Below, in pieces: positions 37,443-46,360 of a stretch of DNA of 64,000 bases. Each line of letters opens with the position of its first letter. The stretch's first letter is position 1. The position numbers were made by a program, and so were the translations under genes. Origin of the DNA: a virus; IMG/VR virus record IMGVR_UViG_3300007539_000013, positions 1 to 64,000 of that record; one strand, written 5' to 3'. The notes under the pieces are model-generated. The model worked only from the letters and a program-made list of their open reading frames with translations. It was not told the origin of the DNA and ran no database searches.

Positions 37443-39811
37443 TTAGAATAGAGGTCTTCAGTAAACGCTATTGTTTTTATCGTACCAGCCACATCTACCT
37501 TCCAATTATCTGAGGCTTCATCAAAGTAAATTTTTGTATTTGCTGTGTCTCCACGCTCAACCTCTATACCTGATTTTAATGTGGCTGCAGGAGTACCTGT
37601 CTGATTTTTATTAAGAACAACTATATTATCCTCAATTACAAGGTTGGTGGTATCAATAGTTGTGGTTGTTCCATTGATCGTAAGGTTACCGCTAGCAGTT
37701 ATATCACCATTTACAGTAAGGTCCTGAGTCGCATTAGTTGCTCCAATAGTTACACCAGCTCCCGTAAATGTACCCCCCGATGTAGATGTAATCCCGGCCG
37801 TTGAGGTGGAACCCGTGGTGGTAGTATCGCCATTTACGGTAAGGTTCTGAGTCGAATTAGCCGTACCTATAGTTACCCCTGCCCCCGTAAACGTGCCCCC
37901 ACTTGTAGATGTTACGCCAGCAGTTGATGTGGAACCCTTAACCGTAAGGTTTTGATTAGCTGAGTCTGTCCCTATAGTTACCCCTGCCCCAGTAAATGTG
38001 CCTCCTGAGGTAGAACTAATCCCAACCGTAGAGGTGGAACCAGTAGTAGTTACATTCCCATTAGTTGTAAGATTTTGGTTCGCACTAGCCGTACCTATGG
38101 TTACTCCTGATCCAGTAAAAGTACCTCCACTGGTAGAACTAATTCCAACGGTGGATGTAGTCCCGGTAGTAGTAACGTTTCCGTTGGTGGTAAGATTTTG
38201 ATTACTGGAAGCTGTTCCTATAGTTACTCCTGCACCAGTGAAAGTACCTCCACTTGTAGATGTCAGTCCAACCGTAGTGGTGGAGCCAGCTATATTGGTA
38301 GTTCCCGCAATAGATAGATTGTTTGTATTTATATTCGTAACAGAGGTAGCTCCATCTACTTCAAATAAATTAGTAGTGGTTGACCCACCTGTTACAAAAA
38401 GATTGGTGGTATTGACCGTGGTACTTGTATTAGTACTTGTTGAGTCTACAGTAAAATATGTATTTCCACTTGCGTCTTTTACTTCAAGTTTTGGAGTCTC
38501 AATCTCGGTAGTACTACCAGGTGTTCCGTCATTGAATACCTTACTGGCAACTACTTGCCTCCAGTCTGTTCCTCCGAATTTAAAATATACTCCTGTGTTA
38601 TCGAAAGCTATGTCACCGATTGCACCACCTGAATCAGTTGGATCGGTTGGCTTATACTCATACCTATGGGCGTCATAGTTTTCCTCAATCTTTGTCTGTG
38701 TTTCTGCTTTTGTGTAGAAATTTTGAGTTACCTGACTGATTATTCCATGCGGGTCGGTAGCAGCTATATGAGAATCTAGCAGACTATTTACATCTATATT
38801 AGGAACATTACCTAAACCTACTTGTGACTTGGTCACCGCATGAGGGTTGCTTGCGTCTGCAATATGCGTGCTTAAGGCTCCATCCAAATCCCCCGATGGA
38901 ATGGTTGGGGCATCAGGGTGGGTAAAGATTTCAGCTACTGTTAAGTTTTCTACATTACCTAGTCCAACCTGTGCTTTTGTTACACTATGTGGATTATCAG
39001 TTTTGCCTGAGTGATCTTGTATCTGTAGGTTGGTTTGTGCCTGCGTGTACTTATCTAAGTCTGTAATATCTGCCTCAAGATGAGTATGCTCTTTAGGTTC
39101 TACATTGGCTAATAAACCATCGACCGACGCTTTATTATAATACTGATTTAAGTCTAAATCAGATATGTCGGCTACCGTATGGCCATGCACTGAATCAGCT
39201 TTCGATGCCAGATCACTCGTGGTGGCATAATTAGAAGCATCTGTTTCCAGTGTGGACACTCTACCAACGAGAGCCCCGTAGTCATCTAGGTGCGAAGAAT
39301 CAACTCCATCTATTGCATCTATAGCACTACTTAAAACAGATATTTGATTATCTACATAAGTCTTATCTGTTTTTAAGTTTAAAGCATCCTGTAACCCATC
39401 TACATTAGTAATCGAATGGGAATGGTTTGTGAGGGCAAATCCTGATATAGAAGACTCTAGGCTAGATATTTCTGACTCCAGGGATGTTATCTGGGAAACA
39501 AATGCTTTATTACCTAGCTCTGCATTGAGTGTTGCAATCTGAGAATCAATATCAGTTTTAGTATAGTAGTCAGATAAGTATTCAGTCGATGCACCCTCAA
39601 GCTCAGTAACTCTTGCGTCTATTGAACTTATGGAATCATTTAGAATTTTGCCTGCATTTGCGGTGAGCGCATCTGTTGTGGATGTACTTAAAAAGTTATC
39701 CACCAAATCCTCTTCAAGCACCAGTACGCTGTCAATTAAGTCAGCGAACTGCGCCTCTGTTGGAGTCGACCCGGTTAAAAAATATGTCTTTAAGGTTGTC
39801 CTACTGCTCAT
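37439..39811 (-). CDS. long tail fibre
   Basis: RTTLKTYFLTGSTPTEAQFADLIDS; HxH and NPHxVTKxQVGLGNV repeats; GNLTINGTTTTIDTTNLVIEDN...GIEVERG. Confidence 0.85.
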   Translation of the reverse strand: MSSRTTLKTYFLTGSTPTEAQFADLIDSVLVLEEDLVDNFLSTSTTDALTANAGKILNDSISSIDARVTELEGASTEYLSDYYTKTDIDSQIATLNAELGNKAFVSQITSLESEISSLESSISGFALTNHSHSITNVDGLQDALNLKTDKTYVDNQISVLSSAIDAIDGVDSSHLDDYGALVGRVSTLETDASNYATTSDLASKADSVHGHTVADISDLDLNQYYNKASVDGLLANVEPKEHTHLEADITDLDKYTQAQTNLQIQDHSGKTDNPHSVTKAQVGLGNVENLTVAEIFTHPDAPTIPSGDLDGALSTHIADASNPHAVTKSQVGLGNVPNIDVNSLLDSHIAATDPHGIISQVTQNFYTKAETQTKIEENYDAHRYEYKPTDPTDSGGAIGDIAFDNTGVYFKFGGTDWRQVVASKVFNDGTPGSTTEIETPKLEVKDASGNTYFTVDSTSTNTSTTVNTTNLFVTGGSTTTNLFEVDGATSVTNINTNNLSIAGTTNIAGSTTTVGLTSTSGGTFTGAGVTIGTASSNQNLTTNGNVTTTGTTSTVGISSTSGGTFTGSGVTIGTASANQNLTTNGNVTTTGSTSTVGISSTSGGTFTGAGVTIGTDSANQNLTVKGSTSTAGVTSTSGGTFTGAGVTIGTANSTQNLTVNGDTTTTGSTSTAGITSTSGGTFTGAGVTIGATNATQDLTVNGDITASGNLTINGTTTTIDTTNLVIEDNIVVLNKNQTGTPAATLKSGIEVERGDTANTKIYFDEASDNWKVDVAGTIKTIAFTEDLYSN
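37700..38285 (-). repeat. five 35-41-aa STSGGTFTG(A/S)GVTIG repeats
   Basis: Seen in translation. Confidence 0.85.
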
Positions 39812-40575
39812 CCTACTACAAATCCTCCTCCTCCGACACCACTGCTGATTATTTGCTCAACAGAGGAGCTTTGGTATTCTTTTTCATTTAAATATATTTG
39901 AGCCCGTGCCTTTTGATACATTTGCATGTATGATGCGTACTGGGTCAAATCATTGTCCACCTCCCTAGCTAAATGTGACTTAACATAATCTGAGACTGCT
40001 TTAGCAACCATGTCGTCAAAAACAACAGGCACATTCTTTTCTGTTTCAGTTGCTCTAAAAACAGGAATGTAATGGTTTTCCCCTTCGAAATATATATACA
40101 TTGCCTCGTCATCACGAAGCTTTGGAGCTAACCAAAACCTATCGGGGCCGAAGGTTATTCTTCCTGGTATTGTTGTTGTTCTTTCTGCAACACCTCCATC
40201 TATTAGATTAAACCTTTGCTCCCAAGGGATTGTTCTAGGGTAAAAGTACCTTGAGACCGATTGTTCGTTTTCCTCGGTTGGTATCCTTCTTATTACAACC
40301 TGCTTTATTCTTGTTTTAGCGGTTATGAATTCGCCTTGATGAACATCAACATCTTCCGAGTTGACTGAAGACAAGTCCGATGGATCAGGCTCAACAAGCG
40401 TAGATGGAGAGTAGTACTTAAATTGATTAGCGCGAATACCAGGTACATATCGTTGCATGTCAATAGATCCCGCAACAATCATTCTATCTATATACTCCTG
40501 AACACCCTTGCCCTTTCTTTGGCTATCCACCAAAAGGTAAGTTCTTACAATTTCGTTAAATTCTGCCCAAGTCAT
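39808..40575 (-). CDS. head-tail adaptor / tail tubular protein A candidate
   Basis: MTWAEFNEIVRTYL N-terminal helix; size and position. Confidence 0.6.
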   Translation of the reverse strand: MTWAEFNEIVRTYLLVDSQRKGKGVQEYIDRMIVAGSIDMQRYVPGIRANQFKYYSPSTLVEPDPSDLSSVNSEDVDVHQGEFITAKTRIKQVVIRRIPTEENEQSVSRYFYPRTIPWEQRFNLIDGGVAERTTTIPGRITFGPDRFWLAPKLRDDEAMYIYFEGENHYIPVFRATETEKNVPVVFDDMVAKAVSDYVKSHLAREVDNDLTQYASYMQMYQKARAQIYLNEKEYQSSSVEQIISSGVGGGGFVVG

Positions 40576-41036
40576 TTCCTGCCTCCGGGAGTGAAATAAA
40601 ATCCTAAAATCATCGGGCTCAACAAAACCACAAAGTACAAACTTAAATGTCCTGTTGTAACCACAACGGGCGACTGTTTAGCAGGGAACGAGAATAATCC
40701 AAATAAAAACTCGGTTGCTCCTTCTCCTGTTGGGTTTGTGAGGGTGATGATTTCTGCACTGGGGAAGAGGGTGCAGAGGATGACAACGCAGGACAAGGTG
40801 CCGCATAATATGAGGCTGAGCAGCCTCCTAGTAGCACGAGTGAACATACCGCCTTCACCGCTGTTAAGTTGCTCTTGAAATTTAAGTGCGAATTCATTGC
40901 CCCTTGCCTCCCTTGCTAGTTCTAGTTCAAATTTCTGCTGACGGGAGTCATTGATCGCACCAAATACCCCTTTTAGTACAGACCCCAGAGCTGCGCTCCC
41001 GCCAGCAGTGAAAAACATTGTTACCAGTTCGAACAT
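40572..41036 (-). CDS. holin-like membrane protein
   Basis: Hydrophobic segments; TRR before a TM helix; ILGFYF C-terminus. Confidence 0.6.
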   Translation of the reverse strand: MFELVTMFFTAGGSAALGSVLKGVFGAINDSRQQKFELELAREARGNEFALKFQEQLNSGEGGMFTRATRRLLSLILCGTLSCVVILCTLFPSAEIITLTNPTGEGATEFLFGLFSFPAKQSPVVVTTGHLSLYFVVLLSPMILGFYFTPGGRK

Positions 41037-41039
41037 CCC

Positions 41040-41063
41040 TGTTACATTATAATTCGTGTGACA
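41040..41063 (-). promoter_or_regulatory. TGTWACA-N10-TGTWACA element, copy 8
   Basis: Minus strand TGTCACA CGAATTATAA TGTAACA, 3 nt before ATG 41036; contains TATAAT. Confidence 0.75.
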
Positions 41064-41264
41064 CTAACTGTCCAACTCATTCACCTTCGCGACAAGCTCA
41101 TTTATCTTACCTCGCAAAAGCTCGAAGTTATTATCAACTTGCTCAAATGTCAGGGGCTGGTCTTCTCCAGCTGCGTTTTCATTATCTTTGCGAAGAAAAA
41201 CACGCTTGTCTGCAATAGAGTCAGCGTAATCATCTCCATTCGATCCTAATGTCTCAATAGCCAT
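41064..41264 (-). CDS. small fibre-anchor-motif protein
   Basis: PLTFEQVDNNFELLR, matching the N-terminus of fibre 25086..26300. Confidence 0.65.
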   Translation of the reverse strand: MAIETLGSNGDDYADSIADKRVFLRKDNENAAGEDQPLTFEQVDNNFELLRGKINELVAKVNELDS

Positions 41265-42048
41265 ATTCTGTCCTTGTAGTTGAAAATAATTGTTCAGCGC
41301 CTAGTTGTGTTAGTTCCGATAGATGAATAGTCATCTCACTAAAGTCTCCCTTGTAGAATCTGCTTTCATGCTTACCCACATAAAAGTTTGTAAATGATGT
41401 AGTTAGTGTGGGCATGGATTTATAACCAACCTGGTCGGATGCCCTTACGGATATTTTATAAGTCAACTCTTCGGTATCATAACCCGACTTACACTGAGTT
41501 ACTCCGGTTCCTTGTTCACTTATTGCCCCTATATTGCTATCGAAAGTAAACCTTGATGTAAGGGAACTAGGCTCAATAGTTACTGGATGTGATCCCTCTA
41601 TGCCAATCAGCGGTCTTGGCACATCAGTGCCCTCACCCACTACTGTTATTGTGAAATCTTGATCTATGGAATTTAGTAAATTCGTATCAAGCTCCATGTA
41701 TTCGTTTAAATTGAATATTGCTTTGTAAACCACCTCCCCTGAGGAGTTCGCAGAAAGACCTAATTTTGGCGCTAAATTTTGGTTCGATTGTACAAGATCC
41801 TGTACAGGTACTCCGTCCTTCGCCTTCTGGTCGTATACCCTAATTACATAAACATCCTCAGAAAGATTGGGGGTATTGGATGGATAATCAAACTCCCCTC
41901 CACTTGCCTGCTTATAACGAAAGTATTCTCCGTTATATAACTTCCTGAGTTTTCTATTTAAAGAATACGCGCATAGAGCTGGGTACGCATCAGCAGGAAG
42001 CCGTGCGGTGGACACATCCCCTTGTACGCCACCATGATGTACGATCAT
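41254..42048 (-). CDS. LamG/AbfB-like lectin-fold virion protein
   Basis: AYSLNRKL...VYDQ...DLVQ...YKGDFSE. Confidence 0.6.
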   Translation of the reverse strand: MIVHHGGVQGDVSTARLPADAYPALCAYSLNRKLRKLYNGEYFRYKQASGGEFDYPSNTPNLSEDVYVIRVYDQKAKDGVPVQDLVQSNQNLAPKLGLSANSSGEVVYKAIFNLNEYMELDTNLLNSIDQDFTITVVGEGTDVPRPLIGIEGSHPVTIEPSSLTSRFTFDSNIGAISEQGTGVTQCKSGYDTEELTYKISVRASDQVGYKSMPTLTTSFTNFYVGKHESRFYKGDFSEMTIHLSELTQLGAEQLFSTTRTEYGY

Positions 42049-42821
42049 ACCAAGTCACCGATTCCATACCATGCTGAGCCATCCCAATATATAGTACATG
42101 AAGAATACTGTTCTCCTAGTACTGTTCCTCTGGCGTTTGTTAGGTTTGGGAATTCTACGGTCTTTCCTGCTAGTAGATTGTTTACTGTAAAGGCAACTCC
42201 TGTATGCGTGGAGTCTAATCCCGTGGGTAAGGTGATGTCTATTTTTGCTCCCGCGGGAGAGCATTGGTATATGTAACCCGTCTCGGCTACATCGAAAGTA
42301 AAGTTTGCGGTCTTTTGCGATACGGGGATCTTTGTGTTCGCGAATCCTTGTACTGTATCCGCAGTAACTGTACCTACAACTCTTAGGTCAGCCCCTACAT
42401 CCAAATCATTTGGGATGGACATATCCTGTCCACCCATAGATGTACTGCCAACGGTTAATCCACCCTCAATAGTAACATCTTCATAGAATGTCGCACTATC
42501 TGCATAAACATCGTAATTATGGACAGCAGATGGAATTCTTAGAGTATTATACTCAGATATACTTAAATCTACATAAGGTCTTACGCGATTACCGTTTAAT
42601 AAGCCCTCCCAGTACTCCGACGAAGGGTAAACTAATATATCAGTAACCCATGGACTAAATCCATCAGTTGGATCACCACCATCTATATTATTTAAATTAT
42701 GATCCGCACCTAGAACATGTAAGGGATAGGAGGATGGATCAGGGGCTTGATTGTCAGCCCCCTCTACAAAACTAATCCATTGCGGGTGGGTTACATTGGC
42801 TGGACTTATATCGGAAATCAT
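42045..42821 (-). CDS. virion structural protein
   Basis: ITLPTG...W.GIGDL C-terminal beta module. Confidence 0.6.
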   Translation of the reverse strand: MISDISPANVTHPQWISFVEGADNQAPDPSSYPLHVLGADHNLNNIDGGDPTDGFSPWVTDILVYPSSEYWEGLLNGNRVRPYVDLSISEYNTLRIPSAVHNYDVYADSATFYEDVTIEGGLTVGSTSMGGQDMSIPNDLDVGADLRVVGTVTADTVQGFANTKIPVSQKTANFTFDVAETGYIYQCSPAGAKIDITLPTGLDSTHTGVAFTVNNLLAGKTVEFPNLTNARGTVLGEQYSSCTIYWDGSAWYGIGDLV

Positions 42822-43684
42822 ACTGCATAAAACCCACTAAGTGAAATATTGTCGGCAGTATCAGAATAGTTCATTGCGTCACTACCAAGGTTTATTACCT
42901 CGTACTCTGATATATTGTCATAACAAGGAAATGTAACTGAAGATGTACTAAACAAAAGCTCATGCGAGTAATTTACCTTCTGCTGGTAAATAATTGGGTC
43001 TACAGTTATCGCAGTACTAGACTCAATAGATACAACCGAGTCCTGCATATTATTTGTCCCAAACTCCCCATTTAATGCAGAAGATATAGTCTCCCTACCG
43101 CTTGGCCCCTCAAGAAATGTATCTGAGTTTCCATCAGTTTTATGCAACCGAAAGATTACTCGGTACTCTGTATTTTTTTGCGTATTAGACTCATTCGCAC
43201 TTAAAGAGGCAGCGGGAGATCCCGTTTCAATTCTGCTCTCGTCATCCCATACATTTATTTTTATCGAATACTCAGAATTCCCTGGTGTTACAAATGTGAC
43301 CTCAACTTCAGAACCATCATTCATCTGCTCAGCTGTCAAAGCAGTGTACTTTAGTCCATTTATCTCAGCACCTCTTGATCCTTCTAGGTTTTGTCCAGAT
43401 TCAATAGTGCCTGACCCACTCCAGTTGGAAAAAGAAGTATCCTCAAACCTATCTATTACTATCTTTTTGTGCCTTCTGCGGATCCCTACAATTTTGCCAG
43501 TGTAATTATTTATACGAAAGGTGCGTGCTTTGGCGTAAGGAATAGTGGTGTAATTCTCAGCAGTAGTTACGGCAAATGTGCCAAAGTCCTGCGGGCGTGA
43601 AGTGACTACAAGTCGGTTATTATCAACTCCGGCATAACTGCCATCTGTATTTGCCCCTACATCGTTATAGTTTATTGTATTCAC
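42818..43684 (-). CDS. virion structural protein
   Basis: 288-aa beta-rich ORF in the operon. Confidence 0.6.
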   Translation of the reverse strand: MNTINYNDVGANTDGSYAGVDNNRLVVTSRPQDFGTFAVTTAENYTTIPYAKARTFRINNYTGKIVGIRRRHKKIVIDRFEDTSFSNWSGSGTIESGQNLEGSRGAEINGLKYTALTAEQMNDGSEVEVTFVTPGNSEYSIKINVWDDESRIETGSPAASLSANESNTQKNTEYRVIFRLHKTDGNSDTFLEGPSGRETISSALNGEFGTNNMQDSVVSIESSTAITVDPIIYQQKVNYSHELLFSTSSVTFPCYDNISEYEVINLGSDAMNYSDTADNISLSGFYAV

Positions 43685-43842
43685 TCTTCCTTATCCCCTT
43701 TCCCCTTTACCTTATGGTAAATACTAACACCCATATGAACAGCCGTCAACAATGCGCAGATTGTAGCAGCAACTAAGTGTATAGTGTCTAAAGTAAAACT
43801 AAAAATAGTTCCCAGAACTCCCACAAATGATGTCCTGTCCAT
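43681..43842 (-). CDS. small two-TM holin-like protein (53 aa), not in ORF track
   Basis: MDRTSFVGVLGTIFSFTLDTIHLVAATICALLTAVHMGVSIYHKVKGKGDKEE; overlaps both neighbours. Confidence 0.6.
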   Translation of the reverse strand: MDRTSFVGVLGTIFSFTLDTIHLVAATICALLTAVHMGVSIYHKVKGKGDKEE

Positions 43843-44207
43843 TAGTCTATGTCGGAAAGCGGATTATCAACTACCACTTCCCCTACGGTTACAAGATCGG
43901 ATGCACTAACGGAGGGCGATGTTTGAGCGACCTCCTCTTTTTTTGCATACACTGCATTCGGATCCTTTAGTGGGTCTTGATACACTGTACGAAGTTGAGT
44001 TGTACTGGTTACCACCGATACTTTTTTTTTAAAATCTTCGTAGGTCTCCTCACTGATTTCTTGAACCAGGTCTCCGTGTGCCTTCTTTAAAATTTTTGCA
44101 TCTTTAGCAGAACAAGCAAGTATGCCCTTTTTTAAAACACCGATCTCAACTTCTATAAAAGGCAATCCATACTTTTGGTTAGCAGTAGCTAATAAAAAAT
44201 ACTTCAT
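43842..44207 (-). CDS. hypothetical protein
   Basis: First gene after capsid terminator. Confidence 0.7.
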   Translation of the reverse strand: MKYFLLATANQKYGLPFIEVEIGVLKKGILACSAKDAKILKKAHGDLVQEISEETYEDFKKKVSVVTSTTQLRTVYQDPLKDPNAVYAKKEEVAQTSPSVSASDLVTVGEVVVDNPLSDID

Positions 44208-44209
44208 AT

Positions 44210-44260
44210 AAAAGAAAACCCTACCCCCCTAGCCCGCTAAGCAGTTTCGGGGGGTAGAGC
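44210..44260 (-). terminator. intrinsic terminator after capsid gene
   Basis: CTACCCCCC/GGGGGGTAG stem followed by TTTTCTTTT on the minus strand. Confidence 0.8.
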
Positions 44261-44273
44261 TTCAGATTAAGAG

Positions 44274-46196
44274 TTAAGTGGTGATGTACTTAGACCAGTT
44301 AGTCCTACCAAGATTTGCGTCGAAATTTTCAACGATCAAGTGGCGGGCAGGTACATCCATCATGGTTGTCCACTTGGTGGAACGGAGCGAGTACTCAGTT
44401 TCCTTGTGGGCCATACGACATTTGTATGATTCCATGACTTCGGGTTTTGGCCATTTGCGGGTAACGCTATTGGTTCCAGCGATACCAATTTTTACATCAG
44501 ACCAATCAATGAACCACATCGCACGATTAACTTTCGTGTATGTATCCATAGATGATCCTTCATAACCACCGCCGGCTCCATCGTTATCGAGTAGGACATT
44601 TGTTCCGGAACGCTTTCCATCAACGCCTACGATTTCGCCGCCTTTTGAAGCGTTGGAATCAGATCCATCGCCAAGGAAGAAGTTTGATTGGTGGTTAAGG
44701 ATGTCATCAAAGTATGGGTCATGAAATACCGCAAACTGACAACCAACCTCAGGAAGATCAAACATCGAGTAGTTAAATAACAAGATGCCATTATGGGTAA
44801 TCTGCTGATTGATTTGAGCGTGACGATCTAACCCCCATCCATAGCGTTGCTTGTAGTATTGATTAAATACCTCAAACAATTTGTTGTAGGTAAACCGGTC
44901 GGTCATACAATCAACAACGCTAACAGTAGAACCATCTTGCTCGCGGTTGCGTTTAAGATAGTAAATGTCGGCTTGAAGATCCTCAACGGTGTAAACTCCA
45001 CCACCCTTACTTACTACACGATTAGACTCAGCCAAGAGTGCTTTAATACCAAGAGCATTAGATTTATACTCAAGCGTGCATGTAGGGTCTTCTGGGTCGG
45101 TAACCGCAGGAAGCTGCATGTAGGTTTCTGGAGTTTGCTTGTTACTAATTGGTTGATTGAACCAAGTGGAACGTAACCATTGATCCTGACTTGCTTGTGC
45201 AGCAATTTTGTTTTGCTCGGCAAGTGGTTGATAAACCATGGACTTAAGATATGGATTCACATCTCCGTTCATGATTTTGGACAATGTTTCTTTGTAAGCC
45301 TGGTCAACAGCCCGGGACTCACGAGTGGTTTGCAACCAATTAACTACAAGCTTTACGCTCAAGTCGGTTGGTTGGTTGTTACACCAGTCCTCAAAGTCAT
45401 TAACATTATTTGCAATGGTCTGAACGGTTCCGTACTCAGGCTTATACTGTGCAGATAAAGCAGCTTGCTCAATCTCAGCAGCGGTTCCACTAGGATTGCC
45501 ATCCCACGCAGTTTGACTTGCATAGCTAGGTGCAATGTTTTTACCAATAGGACGAAGGACAACCTCTGCTTCAGCAAATGAAGAATTTGCAACATTAGCA
45601 GCAGAAATAATTTGGAACTGAACTTCGATTGGCTCCTTGGTGGCAGTATCCCACCAATTAACAATTACAAATCCACCAGTAAGGAAGTAACGCTCGATAT
45701 GATCGATTGGGGATGCCCAGTCAGATGCACCAAGGTTTACTTTTACCTTCCAGTCACCGAATCCACCTGCGGATGGAGCAGCCTCTCCGGTTGAAATAGC
45801 GAAGTATCCACTATTAATAACAGAGCGCTGACGGCGTTGAATGTAAGGGAGAATAATTGATTGCTCAGCAACATTAACTTTATTGATCAAAGGCTTAATG
45901 TTCGTGATCGAACTATTAAGTAGATCAACGAGTCCTCGTTGACGAACACCAAGCATGCTTGCTTCTGCTGAATTCGCGATTACGCGAGCGAGGTCAATTT
46001 CCTTATTGGAAAGTGCCTCAAATTCACCAGGGGTCAAGCCCTTGATGGATGCGTTAGTAAGAGTACAACCAGTGGAATCATCTACCTTGATGATCCGACC
46101 AAACCCTGCATCCTTAACAAGGTTTGAGCTACTAATTGCAGTCCCTGGCTCAGTTGTTACGCCGGGTACAGGAGTGTTTGGATCGTTTATAGCCAT
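44274..46196 (-). CDS. major capsid protein (640 aa)
   Basis: Follows portal and scaffold, followed by terminator; capsid-like C-terminus PARHLIVENF. Confidence 0.7.
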   Translation of the reverse strand: MAINDPNTPVPGVTTEPGTAISSSNLVKDAGFGRIIKVDDSTGCTLTNASIKGLTPGEFEALSNKEIDLARVIANSAEASMLGVRQRGLVDLLNSSITNIKPLINKVNVAEQSIILPYIQRRQRSVINSGYFAISTGEAAPSAGGFGDWKVKVNLGASDWASPIDHIERYFLTGGFVIVNWWDTATKEPIEVQFQIISAANVANSSFAEAEVVLRPIGKNIAPSYASQTAWDGNPSGTAAEIEQAALSAQYKPEYGTVQTIANNVNDFEDWCNNQPTDLSVKLVVNWLQTTRESRAVDQAYKETLSKIMNGDVNPYLKSMVYQPLAEQNKIAAQASQDQWLRSTWFNQPISNKQTPETYMQLPAVTDPEDPTCTLEYKSNALGIKALLAESNRVVSKGGGVYTVEDLQADIYYLKRNREQDGSTVSVVDCMTDRFTYNKLFEVFNQYYKQRYGWGLDRHAQINQQITHNGILLFNYSMFDLPEVGCQFAVFHDPYFDDILNHQSNFFLGDGSDSNASKGGEIVGVDGKRSGTNVLLDNDGAGGGYEGSSMDTYTKVNRAMWFIDWSDVKIGIAGTNSVTRKWPKPEVMESYKCRMAHKETEYSLRSTKWTTMMDVPARHLIVENFDANLGRTNWSKYITT

Positions 46197-46212
46197 GTTA
46201 TTATAATGTTAT

Positions 46213-46236
46213 TGTTACACACATCATCGTGTAACA
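46213..46236 (-). promoter_or_regulatory. TGTWACA-N10-TGTWACA element, copy 9
   Basis: Minus strand TGTTACA CGATGATGTG TGTAACA, 16 nt before capsid ATG, with TATAAT between. Confidence 0.8.
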
Positions 46237-46360
46237 CCCATAATAACAGGTAATTGGCTAAAAAAGCGGAACTTGGGTAAATTTAGCTAATTTTTCTTTA
46301 TTTTTAAATATTAGCTATTCGTGCATACAAATACCAAAATCAGATTTTGGCTTATTGTAC

